Shown piece by piece: positions 1 to 13,321 of a DNA stretch of 64,000 nt (the stretch's first letter is position 1; the number at the start of each line of letters is the position of its first letter). Source of the DNA: Octopus vulgaris (taxonomy: Eukaryota); the NCBI GenBank assembly GCA_951406725.2, contig OX597814.1:225618001-225682000 (forward strand). Direction: 5' to 3'. The position numbers were made by a program, and so were the translations under genes. A model generated the notes under the pieces. That model did not search any database. It was not told where the DNA came from and saw nothing but the letters and a program-made list of their open reading frames with translations.

Positions 1-209
1 GACATCAAGTCTGAAATGAAAAAATTGAGACAACAACGGATCAATGATGAAATAGGACACAGAAACTGGAACTGGATCGGACACATCCTCAGAAAAGAAC
101 GAGAAAGCGATTGCATGGTAAAGTGGAAGCCTGAGGGGAAAAGAAAAGCAAGGTGCCCAAAAAAACCACATGGCGAAGATTGTTTTCTTAACATTTCTAC
201 AATGAATTG
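1..209 (+). mobile_element. Decayed RTE-type LINE C-terminal fragment
   Basis: ORF 16..234 contains RNWNWIGHILRK...WKPEGKRKARCPKK, similar to the W.GH.LR...GKR.RGRP end of RTE ORFs. Confidence 0.65.
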
Positions 210-553
210 TGAAGGCGCATGGCTCAGTGGTTAGAGTGTCGAGCTTATGATCATGAGGTTGTGAGTTCGATTCCCGGACCGGGCTGAGTGTTGTGTTCTT
301 GAGCAAGACACTTTATTTCCCGTTGCTTCAGTTCACTCAGCTGTAGAAGTGAGTTGTGACGTCACTGGTGCCAAGCTGTACCGGCCCCTTTGCCTTTCCC
401 TTGGATAATATCAGTGGTGTGGAGAGGGGAGGATGGTATGCATAGGCGACTGCTGGTCTTCCATAAACAACCTTGCCTGGACTTGTGCCTTGGAGGGTAA
501 CTTTGCAGGTGCAATCCCATGGTCATTTATGGCTGAAGGGGGTCTCCTCTCTC
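210..553 (+). mobile_element. tRNA-derived SINE, family D, with 14-bp TSD
   Basis: A box TGGCTCAGTGG and B box AGTTCGATTCC; TSD tctacaatgaattg at 196-209 and 554-567; related copies at 9661-9957, 45455-45785 and about 61470-61625 (-). Confidence 0.88.
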
Positions 554-1305
554 TCTACAATGAATTGCAGATGGAAATCCATTGGACAAAGTTAGTCTCA
601 TTCGATTGACTTGCGACCCAAACATTGTGCATGCTGCCGGAACTGAGTTGTTGCAGATAGTTTACAATGTCACAATTTGGAGGTTTGAGGAATATCTACG
701 ATCATCCTGGTCATAGAACAGGTGTTGGTGTTACCATCAATCTCAGCTGACCGGCCAGAGCGAGGTGCATCATAAACAGGAGGATTTCCTGATTGAAATC
801 TTGAAGGTAATGTTGACAAGGAAAGGAGATGAGAAGCTGAAATGAGATCAAGACAGTAGCAGAAAACAGAGCTGGCTGGGGATACAGGTCGTATGATGGC
901 TTTACTTGCCTCATTGCACAGACAGAACTAACTGATTAACTAGACTCATAAAAGCACAACATGATCAAGCCCTAGTCAAAAGGCATATCTCTATATGTAA
1001 AGAACTTTAAAAACCAATGAAAGCAGAAAATGTAGACTTTGTGATCAGTATGAAGAAAGAACACATCCCAGCCACTATCATCATGTTTCTGCTCCACTAA
1101 TGAATCTTGTTTGGGTTGTGGTAGCGGAGCTTGCATATCCCTACGATCCAAAGAGCTGGCAAAAATTCTGTTCCTTGCAGGTCTGAAATCTGGGATTAGA
1201 CTAAATGAGAATCACCATCAGAAAACTCGTGAAGCAACATGGCAAATGTAAAATTTTGCCAGAGGAATCAATTAGAAGTAACGATCAATGATACAGATAT
1301 AATGG

Positions 1306-1725
1306 GTTGTACTGAGTTGGTGAAAAGGTCCGTTCGATTTTTATTGACACTCAACTTCTGATACACAAATAAGAAGCTAGCTTCAGTTTGTTCCCTGTGC
1401 ATGCACACTCGTTAAATATTTGACACTTCAATGTAGTTCAACACGAACTTGTGATGAGACAGGTTGTATTTTGTGTGCTTGGGATCACCTTGAAAATGGA
1501 ACACCAAAATGAGCATCATGGACGTCATGCTCTTTTTTAAAAAAAAAGAAAGGCAAGAAAGCAGCAGAAACCTGCTGGAAGACATATGGTGTGTAGGGAA
1601 TGGATGTTGCTATGGAACTTGTGTACCAAAAGTGGTTTTCAAGATTTCGATCAGGAAATTCTCTCGTTTGTGATGCACCCTACTCTGGCCGGTCAGCTGA
1701 GATTAACAGTGACAACAACACCTGT
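1306..1725 (+). mobile_element. Mariner transposon 5' remnant
   Basis: Frameshifted MEHQNEH...GKKAAETC...QKWFSRFRSGN...DAPYSGRSAEINSD, the mariner N-terminal HTH region. Confidence 0.7.
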
Positions 1726-3882
1726 AATATACACCTTTTCCTTTCAACTCATGCTAACCTTTACAGATGTTGTTTACCTCACTGTCTTCCATTTTCCATA
1801 TCTCTTACCCCATACACTCTTGCAAACCCATACCCACTACTATTCACCTCATACCCTGAGGTTCCACTGAGTCATCTCATCATCACAATTTATCTCTGGA
1901 GAAACCACCATTTTATTCTCATTCTCTCCCCTAAATGTGAGTAGCCATGTACCTCCTCTACAAGAACCAGCCTCTTCTCTCATACATTAAACCCCATCTG
2001 ACGTAAGGACACACTTCACCCTCCTTGGACAACCTCAGTAGTACCACCGGCACAAAAAATTAGCAACCAGTACACACTGTGAATTAGTTGGCATTAGAAA
2101 GGGCATCTAGCCATAAAAACTGTGCCAAAGCAGACACTGGAGCATAATGCAGTCCTTGGACCCATTTGGGTCCTTGTCAAACTGTCCAGAATAGAACATA
2201 GATGTTAAATGATGATTTTGAGGTGACGATGATATTGTCATTAAACACAGGCTAATAGGCTCTGCTAAGTCCCCGTACCATCTTACAGGACTATTTTGAG
2301 GCATTGAGGATATGTGGAATGAAAATCCAAATAATCTGTTGTAACCAGGCTTCTGGTGATGATCAAGAATTAGGGCTAAAACTTTCCAGACACCCACAAA
2401 ATATATAACCAGAGCATGATCTACATAAAGACACACTCAATAGTATTTCAGCCATGAACATCCTGTATTTTTCAACAGTAGCATGTAATTTGAGGGAAAC
2501 TGTGCTGCTATTTCGAGCAGGGTGTGAGACCATGTAGATGCTTCATCCTTAGTGCAATTGATAACAAAATTAGAAGAGATGTGGACAAAATATTTTTTAT
2601 TCCTTCATGTTCAGATTCCAGTTTCCACCTAGGTCAACACTGCCTTTCATCTCCCCAGGAACACTAATATAATTATTAGCTTAGCACAGTGGTAGATTGA
2701 ATTAAGATCCCTTCTAAAAAATTGTGGTCTTATGCATAGATCTGGCAGCAGCAGAATTATTGAATCACCAAATATTGGGAATTCATACTCCAGGCAATAA
2801 TAACTGTAAATTCCATCTTATAGTTAGACCTTGAGGTGGTAAAAAAAAAATTATTGGATTTTATGGAAGAATATGAAGAGAATACTGCAAATGGGTGGGG
2901 ACATCTCAATTCACCATTACCCATTCCATAGCTGAGTAAATAAACATTAGAAAATCTATCAAGGAATTAAAAACCTACTTCTAAATGTAAGATATAATGA
3001 AATTTGTAAAAGGTATTTCATATATGCAGTACAGGTAAAAATGTGGATACTTCAGACAAACAAACAGTCAGAATACAAATAAATTGGTATACATCTACAA
3101 GGTTTCTTATACTTCTGGTAACTGTTTTTTTTTTTTTTTTGATGTGGTCAAAGGAGAAAGAATGCCATCCATAACCTCCAAGACATGTATGATAAAAAGA
3201 AGAAATAACTTGATGACCTCATTGTATTTGTTTAACTTCCATGGTACCACATAAAAAGCACCCATGCCAGGACCAAGTATAAAGCACCCATGCTAGTGCC
3301 ACATAAAAAGCACCTAGTACGCTCTGTAAAGTGGTTGGCATTAGGAAGGACAACCCATGCTAGTATGGAGAACGGACGTTAAACAATGATGATGATGATG
3401 ATGATTCAGTCATAGAAACCATGCCAAAACAGACAATTGGAGCCTGGTGCAGATCTCTGGCTGATCAGCTTCTGTCAAACTGTCCAACCCATGCCAGCAT
3501 GGAAAATAGACGTTAGATGATGATGATGATGATGATGATGATAATGATGATGTTGTTCCATGCTGGCATAGGTTTAACAGTTCAACAGAATCCAACAAAC
3601 CTGAGTGTTGAGTTAGTTTCCAGTGTCTGCTTTGACAAAGTTTCTCAGACTGGATGTCCTTCCAATCACCAATCACATCAGAGAGTGTAACTCAAAAGAG
3701 AGAAATGATGCAAACACATGCAGCAGAATGGTCTCTGCTAAATGCACAAAAAAAGCTAAATTCAATGATGAGTATGTTTACTTTAGATATTCTTCAACGA
3801 AAGGATACATTGGTTAATGCAGTCCTAGATAAACTATGTCTGAAATAAAAAAAAAAAAAACAATGACCACCCTTGATCATAG

Positions 3883-4168
3883 TGAAGGCACATGGCCTAG
3901 TGGTTAGAGCAGCAGAATTGTGGTCGAGGGATCGCGGGTTTGAATCTCAGACCGGGCGATGTGTGTGTTTATGAGCAGAACACCTAAGCTCCATGCAGCT
4001 CCGGCAGAAGGTAATGGCGAGCTTCTGCTGACTCTTTTTCCACAACTTATTCTCACTCTTTCTTCCTGCATCTTGCAGCTCACCTGCGACGGACCGGCGT
4101 CCCGTCCAGGTTGGGGAACCTATACGCCAAGGAAACCGGCCCTTATGAGCCAGGCATGGCTCGAGAAG
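3883..4168 (+). mobile_element. tRNA-derived SINE, family E, with V-domain-like core and 8-bp TSD
   Basis: A/B boxes; cctgcgacggaccggcgtcccgtccagg resembles the V-SINE core (from memory); TSD gatcatag at 3875-3882 and 4169-4176. Confidence 0.8.
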
Positions 4169-4284
4169 GATCATAGGACAACATTAACACCTTTGAATAC
4201 AGATGTGCACAAAGAGGGTTGACTTCAGTTAGGCAGCAAGAACAATTAATACATAACAATATTATATAGTAATGTAAAAAAAAG

Positions 4285-4290
4285 TTTATT
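4285..4290 (-). terminator. Candidate poly(A) signal AATAAA of LIG1
   Basis: tttatt on the + strand, about 58 nt downstream of the stop. Confidence 0.5.
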
Positions 4291-4347
4291 TAAAAAAAAA
4301 CATACAGAAACAACATTCCTAAGTTACGGTTTTCTTTCTTTCTTTGT

Positions 4348-4434
4348 TCAATAGAAATCATCATCTGTTGCTTTTGGGTCACTTTTGGCTTGTGTGTTCT
4401 TCACTTGCTCCTGGTTCCGATACATGTTAGCCAC
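4348..4434 (-). CDS. LIG1: LIG1 last coding exon: VANMYRNQEQVKNTQAKSDPKATDDDFY*
   Basis: Polypyrimidine tract plus tag acceptor; VAxMY..Q helix typical of the LIG1 C-terminus; TGA at 4348-4350. Confidence 0.93.
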   Translation of the reverse strand: MANMYRNQEQVKNTQAKSDPKATDDDFY

Positions 4435-6744
4435 CTAAAGAAAAAACAAACACATAAATCATGGCAAACATTAGAAGACATGTGGGACTGAGTCTGATTA
4501 GATATAAGGATAGTTACTACGGAGATGTACGTACAATGAATCTATTCTGTCAAGCTCGGAAAGACAAGGCTAACGAAAGCCTTCTGAGTAGATTTGGTAA
4601 AATGGAAACTAAAAGAAGCTTGCCGCATATATGTGTGTGTGTGTGTGTGGCAATTCTTCTTTGTCTCTTGCTTTTGCCTTCGTCTCTCTCTCTCTTTCCC
4701 TCTCTAACACTTTCCTCTGTATTGCTATGTCTCTCTGCCACTTCTTCTCTCTTTTCCCACTACCATGTGACATGTGACCATTTTCATCTCTTTCTTCCAT
4801 TTCCTTTTTTGCCTCACCTTTCACTCAATCAGTCACATTTCTCATCTCCTTTTCCACTTTCAACATGGTTCATTCTGGTTATCCACCCTTCATTCAGGTT
4901 TTCCATCTGTCTCTTTCTTTTTTCCACTCCTATAGAACATTTTCCATTTGTCTTTGTGCTATCCTATATTTGTCTAGTCCTACAGCCACATGGCCTAATT
5001 GTGTTTCCATAATGTATAATTATTCTATTGTTCGTATATCCACATTTTGTTGTGTTTGTTTTCGTCACTGTCTCATACATTCATTCACTCTTCCCAATGG
5101 CTTGTAGCTGCTTTTGCCACCAAAGTGAGCAATATTATCATTAAAGGCGTGAAATTGTTACGATCTTTTGGACGATAACTGACACGGAATGAGCAATGAC
5201 CTATATGTGAATTTTCATTTTGTTGTGCTTCTATTCGAATGTTTTAAATGCGTGTGTGTGTGTGTGTGTGTACATGCAAGTGAGCTTAAGCGTCTTCATA
5301 TGTGTTTGAAACTCCTTGTCTTCACATCACAGCTGTAAACAAATATCAGTGCTACAACAAACAGGATGAGGTCAAATATCCGTCGAATGTAAATAATGAA
5401 CATAATTCCTCATCTGTTAAATATAGAACTGACCTAAAAGGAATTTGAACTCAGAATGTAAAGATGGACAAAAAGCGGCCAAGCATTTTGCCCTGTGTGC
5501 TAAGGATTCTGCCAGTTTGCCGAATGAGAATTGCTTCTAATTCTGACACAAGGTCCAATAATTTTGAAGGGAGAAGTCAGTTGAAAACCTTGACACTAGT
5601 ATTTGACTTGAAAGAATAAAAAGCAAGGTCTGAACACAGACTGTAACATGCCACAGCAAAGACCACAAAGTACTTTGACCAATTCTTTTATTGATTTTTG
5701 CCAAACCCAATATAACATTTCCTTAAAAGGTTTCAAATCTTAGGGAAAGAGCAGTCAATTTTTCATCCCTAGTACTCTACTTAATGATCCCTGCAAAGGT
5801 GAAAGATAAAAACATACCGTATTGGCAATTGAACTCAGAATGTAAAGAGTTGAAACTAAAATACCACACTGCATTCTTGCTGGCACTCTTAACAGTTTTA
5901 CCAACCCACTGTTCTTATAATAATTAACTCCACCAGCATACCAATGAAAATACATAATGTCGAAAGCAGAAGTCGAAAATATTTTCAAGGAGAAAATAAA
6001 TAAATTGTTGTTGTTGTTGTTTTTCAGAATTGAGACAAAAACTAATTATTTGGGTTAGAAATATCCCAGAGAGAATCAACTTTATATTTTTAGCATGAGT
6101 TGTAAAAAGAGAAGGCTATTTATAGTTACACTTCAAGACCAACAACTCTCCACGCTAGTTAACCAGCATATCTAGTCCAATATTACCACTTCAACAACAC
6201 AGCTACCAAACCATAAGAGATAAATGATAACTATATAAATACCTAAGACATGTTTGCTAATATGATCGTTTGTTTGCTGTTGTTGTTTAGCCACAGGTTA
6301 GCCAAAAATACATTCCAGCAATGTCCATCCTATTGTTATTGTTATTACTTTTTTTTTTTTGTTTCTGCATCATGTGTCTAATTCTATGTTATTCTATGGA
6401 GCTGAAGATATCTTTTTAAAGACGCTGAAAATGTGATTTAACCCTTTCGATGGCAACCTGTCAGAGACTGTTTTTGATTTGATGATACAAATTTCATGTT
6501 TTAAAAGGGATCTACATTGAAACCTTACATTGGAATTCCGCGTCAGTCTATGTTCCAAACACTAGCTTAATAATGACAAAGATATTTTACTAAATTTTTC
6601 ATTATTTCCAAAATTAATTGAAATAGGCCATGTACTTCGACAGAAATATTCCAACAGAAGGGTTTAAAGAAATTTGGCTACTGTTTCTATTAGGTCATTA
6701 GGCTATGGCCATGCTAGGGCACCACCTTGAAAAATTTTTAGATA

Positions 6745-7087
6745 TCCTATGACTGGCACCCAGCAGTTGCCAGGGCTGCTGGACTGACTCCTGTGCAGGT
6801 GGCAAGTAAAGAAACACCGTTTTGACCCTGTGCTTGAGGAGATCCATTGAGTCAAGGACACCAACATCAAAGTTCAATGGAAACTGCAGTCGTGATCCCT
6901 GTGCCGGTGGCATGTAAAAAGCACCCACTACACTCTCGGAGTGGTTGGCGTTAGGAAGGGCATCCAGCTGTAGAAACACTGCCAGATCAGATTGAGCCTG
7001 GTGCAGCCATCTGGCTTCCCAGATCCCCGGTCGAACTTTCCAACCCATGCTAGCAGGGAAAACGGACGTTAAACGATGATGATGATG
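6745..7087 (+). mobile_element. RTE LINE 3' UTR copy with (GAT)n tail
   Basis: Same sequence as the UTR that follows the RTE ORF at 47573-48578. Confidence 0.85.
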
Positions 7088-8439
7088 AATGAATTGACCC
7101 CAATACTTATTTTTTTAAAACCTAGTACTGATTCTATTGATCTATTTTACCAAACCACTAGGTTATGGGGAACATAAACACACCAAAAGCTGTTGGAAAG
7201 CGGTGGTGGGGGACGAACATACACACACACACATGATGGGCTTCTTCCAGTTTCAGTCTACCAAATCCACTCACGAAGCTTGCCCAAGGTGCCACACAGT
7301 GGGACTGAACCCAGAACCATGTGGTTGGGAAGCAACTTCTTACCACAAAGCCATGCCTTTGTCTATGCAGAAGATTTCTCATTGGCATGTTTTCTTTTTG
7401 CATTTTTCAAAGATCAAGCACTTTAAACAAATAATATTCCAGTCTTGACTAGGCAATCCTTTTAAGGGTATCAAGCACTACACTATTCTAATGTGTTCTT
7501 CTCTTCTTTTAAGATAGCAAGGAATTGTACGTTGAGGGAATTTAGTTGCTATTCACAACAGGACAAGCAACCATGTAGAGGCACTGTATGTGCTATGCTC
7601 CCTTTTGTTTAAGTTTTCTATTTTACTTCTATTTCCAAAAGAAACTATGTCACTTACAAAGCTAATATTCTTTGGAAAGAATCTGTCCCCCATCATACCC
7701 ACAGATGAATAGGCTTAATATTAATTTCAGTGTGTAATTATTTAACCAAGTATCCAGTATATATTGTTGCTGTTTTAGCCCCAGGTGAGTTGTGTGAGAG
7801 CAAACCTATGATCAAAGATTTTACAGCTTTGATTAGCCTGTATTCTTGTGCGTCTGAGGGAGAATTAACTATCTTTTGAAGGCGGTCAAACACCATGTTC
7901 GGGATTTCCCACAGCTTGATATCCAGTATATATTGTTGTTTAGTGCCAGGTCATCGCTAATTGAACACACTTATGATCAAAGACAGACCACCCTTAACTA
8001 ACAGCATACCTTAGACTATATTATACAATATGACTTATTTTCTTTCTAAGATGGTAAGGTGCGATCTGAAAGAGACCGGGTAGAGGTAGAGAGAAAGAGA
8101 AAGGTTTAGCTGGCCTACCATATAAAGTCTTCTTTCCATGTTTCAATATCTGGAAAGAATCTGAAGGTACACCTAAGAACTCTCACAGAAATTCTAGTCC
8201 CAATCTTTGACAGCCATGTATTTCTGCAGTTTGTCTGGACTCAATAACTGTATGCATGCAATCTGATACTATATTTTCTCAGCTATTCTATTTCTATTTT
8301 ATATAACATCATGTGTGATACATACGATATAGTACAATGATATGCATCACACACATGATACATATGTCCTTTGATCTGATAACTAGAAAAATATAGGTTA
8401 CAATAAGTTACAGGCATTACTAGAAACTACAATTAGACT

Positions 8440-8781
8440 TACGGAGATGTACTTGCATAGCAAGTGACCTGATCTGAGATCGTGTGCTGAAACAAAAACA
8501 ATTGCAGTGTGGAAGGTGTTTATAAGCCATTTAAAAACACACAAAACCGTTAGATTCACTTCAACGTTTAAATTTAATTTGTCAAACTATTTTCGTCGCT
8601 CTGAAACTATGACCTGTTCACTGACAAATTCCGTGATGCAGCACAGAATTTTGTCAGTGAACAGGTCATAGTTTCAGAGCAACGAAAATAGTTTGACAAA
8701 TTAAATATAAATGTTGAAGTGAACCTAACGGTTTTGTGTGTTTTTAAATGGCTTATAAACACCTTCCATGCAGCAGTTGTT
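8440..8781. mobile_element. Palindromic element family H, copy 1 (about 142-bp arms plus unique tail, 12-bp TSD)
   Basis: Arms about 8497-8638 and 8639-8781; TSD tacaattagact at 8428-8439 and 8782-8793; second copy at 55733-56042. Confidence 0.85.
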
Positions 8782-9270
8782 TACAATTAGACTGTGATCT
8801 CTAAACAATCTCCAATAATCCTTTAACTCTTAGACTAATCATCAGCTCAAAGACCTTAATTGTTATTACCCACCCTAGACCAAACTTCACCCAATTCTTT
8901 CTCCTCACTGGAATTCTCTCCCTTGTTCATGCTTTTCCTGAAGACATCATCTTACAGATACTGAAACTGAACATCAACTATCAACCCCAGACATCTTCAA
9001 GGCCTTCTCAGGTCCTTCAAGGCCTTCTCAGGTCCTTCAAGACTAACCCCCTTTAAGACTAAATTATTATTAAAAAGTAAAATTTTTTTTTTTTGTAAAT
9101 GCCATAAAATTTTTCATTAGTTAAAAATTCTTGCAGCATGTCAGTATATTGTTAAAAATTACTGAAATGAATTTCTAAACAAAGTCACACAACAGCAATA
9201 CTTAAGGACAGAACCTTTCTTTCCATTCTAGAACCTAATAAATTATCTCATAAAATACTTTACACCCCTT

Positions 9271-9499
9271 TTAACCCTTTCGTTGCTAACCCGGCTGAAA
9301 CTGGCTCTGGCTCTGTAATACAAATGTCTTGTTTTCATAAGTTTTAAATTAAAATCTTCCACTAAACCTTAGTCACAATTTATGTTCCTAACACTAGCTG
9401 AATAATAACTAAGTTATTTTAATAGATTCTTTGTTATATTTAAAGTAATTGAAAGAAACACAGAGAATCTCAAAATAAATGCAGTAACGAAAGGGTTAA
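9271..9499. mobile_element. piggyBac-type MITE, family F
   Basis: TTAA-CCCTTTCGTT ... AACGAAAGGG-TTAA; close copies at 15615-15844 and 39964-40189; older copies near 6439, 9500 and 31559. Confidence 0.85.
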
Positions 9500-9660
9500 T
9501 AGCCTTTTGATACCAACACCCCTGATTCAACGATACAAACCTACTGTTTAAAGTAACCTAAATGACAACCTTCCATCAAAATTTTATGATGATGTTCCAG
9601 ATATCATCTTAATGAAGTTATTTTACTAAATTCATCACTATTTCAAAAATTAAGTGACTT

Positions 9661-9957
9661 AAAGGCAGCATGCCTGGCTCAGTGGTTAGAGCGTCAGGCT
9701 AACAATCATGAGGTAGTGAGTTCGATTCCTGGACCAGGCTGTGTGTTGTGTTCTTGAGCAAGACACTTTATTTCATGCTGTTCCAAATCCCTCAGGTGCA
9801 GAAATGAGTTGCGATGTCACTGGTGCCAAGCTGTATCGGCCCCTATGCCTTTCCCTCGGATAACACTGGTGGCATAGAGAGGGGAGGCAATGGGTGACAG
9901 CTGGTCTTCCATAAACAACCTTGCCTGGACTTGTGCTTTGGAGGGTAACTTTCTAGG
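9661..9957 (+). mobile_element. SINE family D copy
   Basis: Aligns by eye with 210-553. Confidence 0.8.
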
Positions 9958-12900
9958 TCTTTACATCTTTACTGCTATTTCAACAGAAATATGGTAAAAA
10001 AAGGGTTACAGCTTACACCGAAAATCCATATTAGTCTATGTTCCAAACACTATATAAACTGCTTGGCAGATATAGAATAGTAAAAATTATAAACAGGGGT
10101 GTAAGCTGGGTCAGGTAAGCTATTTAAAACCTAAAAACAGAAACGAGTCCCATCCTTCTCTCAGCATCAATGAATAGAATTTATATTTTGGGAATAACCA
10201 GACAGAAATGGAATTTCGACCAGGCAAGCAACAAACAATGCAATCATTTCTATAATTATCATATGACAACAGCATAAAACACTTTCAGACTGTAAACAAT
10301 TTCATTGATAAACTGAACAATGTGTATTAATAAACTGCTTAGATGTTAATGTAAGAGATACTTAACCACAATGCAGTAGAATGCCTATCATTACGTCTTC
10401 TCAAATTAGACACTCCTGTGATTTGTTTGGGATTTCTTTTCTATGCTTTTATTTCCACAAACTTATCCATCAGACACTTAACAGTAACAGGTTACACTAT
10501 TCTATTACCGTCCAAAACAGCTGACGTGTCCCATCTCAGTTCAGTGTTTGCCATGGGAAATAACTCCAGGAATCAAATTATGAATTATGGCTTAATCTGA
10601 CTTTAGCAATACTACTTAAAATCTGATTCTTTTCCATTTTTTTTACATATTTACTAGTGAGCTGATTTTCTTAAAACAATTTGCTTTACCAAAATTAACA
10701 AGCCTGTATATGGTCACTCAACCCGCTGGAAACAACCAAATATTTCTCACATCACACTCTACAAGATGGACAAGGCAAAACAACAGGGTAATCAATTCTG
10801 AAATACAGTATCTCTGAATGAAATGTAGCAGGGATACAGGTGGAATCATTATCATTTTTTCTTCTTCACAACCATCAGAGCAAGAAGCACTGCTCACAAA
10901 CGCAGGTTCATGAGACGGTTGTGATTTGTCAGCAGTTTTGAGTAGAAACTGGAAGAAGAAGTATGAACATGCAATGCGCATGTGCATACTGAATTCATAA
11001 AACAAAAGAGAAGAATAAAAATGCAATAAAATATAAATATAAGTTGTATGCTGGTCTGCATGCCACGTCTCACACCACTATCGTGCAGCTTTGCTGCAAT
11101 TTTCTTGTTGTTCCACTTTCCATGCTGCCATGGAATTCAACATGATCCAATGAGATGGAGGACTGCATCATGCTCCAATATCTCAGTTTTGGAATGGTTC
11201 CTATAACTGGATACCCTTTGCAATGCCAACCACTTTATAGAGTGTACCACATGCTTTTGTGCCAGACCAACACTAGCAAGATTTCATTGTAACTTGCAAA
11301 ATGAAAGAACCCCCTTCAACTGAAAAGGGAACAGAAGAAAGAGAGCATGATAATTTGCAGCAAGGTGATGAGACGATGACCTGATCAAGTTTGGCCCAAG
11401 GTTAAACAACATACAATCAAAAATAATCAGGAAGAAATATTGAATGAAATCAATTGATCAGTCAGGCAAACTGGACCAAACAGAAGGGTGACCAGGAGTA
11501 CAACACCTAAACCTCACAATCTCAAATCAGAAAGATACACAGATAGTGCCTCCACTACCATATATAGATCTGCTTTCCATGCTGACATGGGTTGGATGGG
11601 TTGCCATGGATGGAGTCAGAACATGTTAAGTTAAGGAGTAGATTGGTGGGTTTCTGTTGACTTACATAGATCAGATTTCTACATCTTGCTCATGTTTCAC
11701 TTTTGGCTTCATTTCTACATCTGGACGGATACCCTTCCTAACACCAACCACTTTACAGAGTGTACTGGGTGTTCTTCTTGTGGTTCCAGTTCAATAAAAA
11801 TCTATCTTAAACTGAATGCAAAGCAGATGTTTGGATATGGATAGAAATAGCATCTCTTTGATTGAAATGTTTATGTCCATTGAGCATGACAAATCAATCA
11901 GAATGTAAATTGTTACTGTTGTTGCTCATACTGTTAGAGCATGTTAATTTGATCTCTGCAAGATAAGATCTACTAACTAGTTTTAAATGTAGGAAATTTC
12001 TATTTTATTTCTATAGCAGAAGAAAGTTAAATTATAATTTATCATAATATTTGCCCTTTTAAGTAATCTATTTAAAATTCCCAAATCAGCAACTCAAACT
12101 GCTTGAATAAACAGCTAATTATAACGTGTGATAGTTTATGCCCCTCTACCTCATTCTAAAAGAAAGTCAATAGATTCAAATTCAAATAAATACCAAAATT
12201 TGATGGAAGTGTTGCTGGTCTGTGATAGCAAATATTATTTAGAAAAAAGTTCACAGACGTCTTTTATCAGAGAAGGCCTTTTACTTAAAGCATCAATGTG
12301 GCACAGAAACTCGTCCAACCTTCAAAAGAGTGTTGTAATTTGCTTGAAGCATTGTGGTACAGAAATAAAATAACAAATAATAAAGACAGACATCATCTTA
12401 CAATGTGAAAAGGGATTGTTAAAAAAAGGTTACTTAACCTTCCCTTTTTGCATCATTAGAAGCTCTTCATCTTCGTTATTTTACTTTATTTCTTTAAACT
12501 TCACTAATTAGTCAAACTCAGTGTATCGTTATTTCGATTAGAAATCATTATTTAAGGCATCATTATAATTATTATCTTTTATCTGTTACTTGTTTCAGTC
12601 TTTGGACTTCGGCCATGCTGGAGCCTGATCTTTAAGGGTTTAGTAAAATAAATCATCCCTAGTACTTCTTTCTTATTTTTAAAGCCTGGTACTTATTCTA
12701 TTGGTCTCTTTTCCAAAGCACTAAGTTACAGGAATGTAAACAAACCAATACCAGTTGTGTTGAATGGTAGGACACAAAGACCCTCACATACATACGATGG
12801 GTTTCTTTCAGTTTCTGTTGCCTAAATCCACTGACAAGGCTTTGGTCAGCCTAGTGCTGTTTTAGACGACACTTATTCAAGGTGCCATGCAGGTGTCTGT

Positions 12901-13228
12901 GGAGTGCTCAACAACATGCATGTTAATTTCATGAGCAAGTTATTCCGTTGATTGGCTCAACTGGAACCCTCATCATTGCAACTTATACAGATATACAATC
13001 AAGTAGGTCAGTAGGATAAGAGAAAGGAATGAAGAGAAACAGAACATGGTGAGAGAGAGAGAAACAGGTGATGAAGAGAGAGATATAGAGAAAGAAGAGA
13101 GACAAAGAGAGAAAGAAAGAGAAAAAATAGAGAATGGGCATGGGGACGAAAACGAAGACAAGAAAAGGGAACCAAGATGTCACTGAAACATTGAATCAAA
13201 AGGCAAGGAAGAATCTTTCTTGAAATAC

Positions 13229-13321
13229 CTGAGTTGCAGATGTAGCTTCTTCTGGTTTTTTGTCATCTCGGATTCGAAGAAATCGTGGAAACCGAAGTGA
13301 GATACCTTTCTCAGAATCAAC
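13229..13321 (-). CDS. LIG1: LIG1 exon: [31 protein letters not shown]
   Basis: Motif VI; AG/GT boundaries. Confidence 0.97.

Noticed and set aside
210-290. tRNA genes (also at 3885, 9661, 22801, 32776)
   Set aside because: Only A/B boxes are present. They continue into SINE bodies, some with clear TSDs, and I could not fold a complete cloverleaf.
4461-5012. 183-aa hydrophobic ORF on +
   Set aside because: Derived from SINE fragments and CT-rich low-complexity sequence antisense to the last LIG1 intron.
6698-7048. Recurrent ORFs containing LQLDALPNANHSESVVGAF (many places)
   Set aside because: Antisense translations of the RTE 3' UTR repeat, not a gene family.
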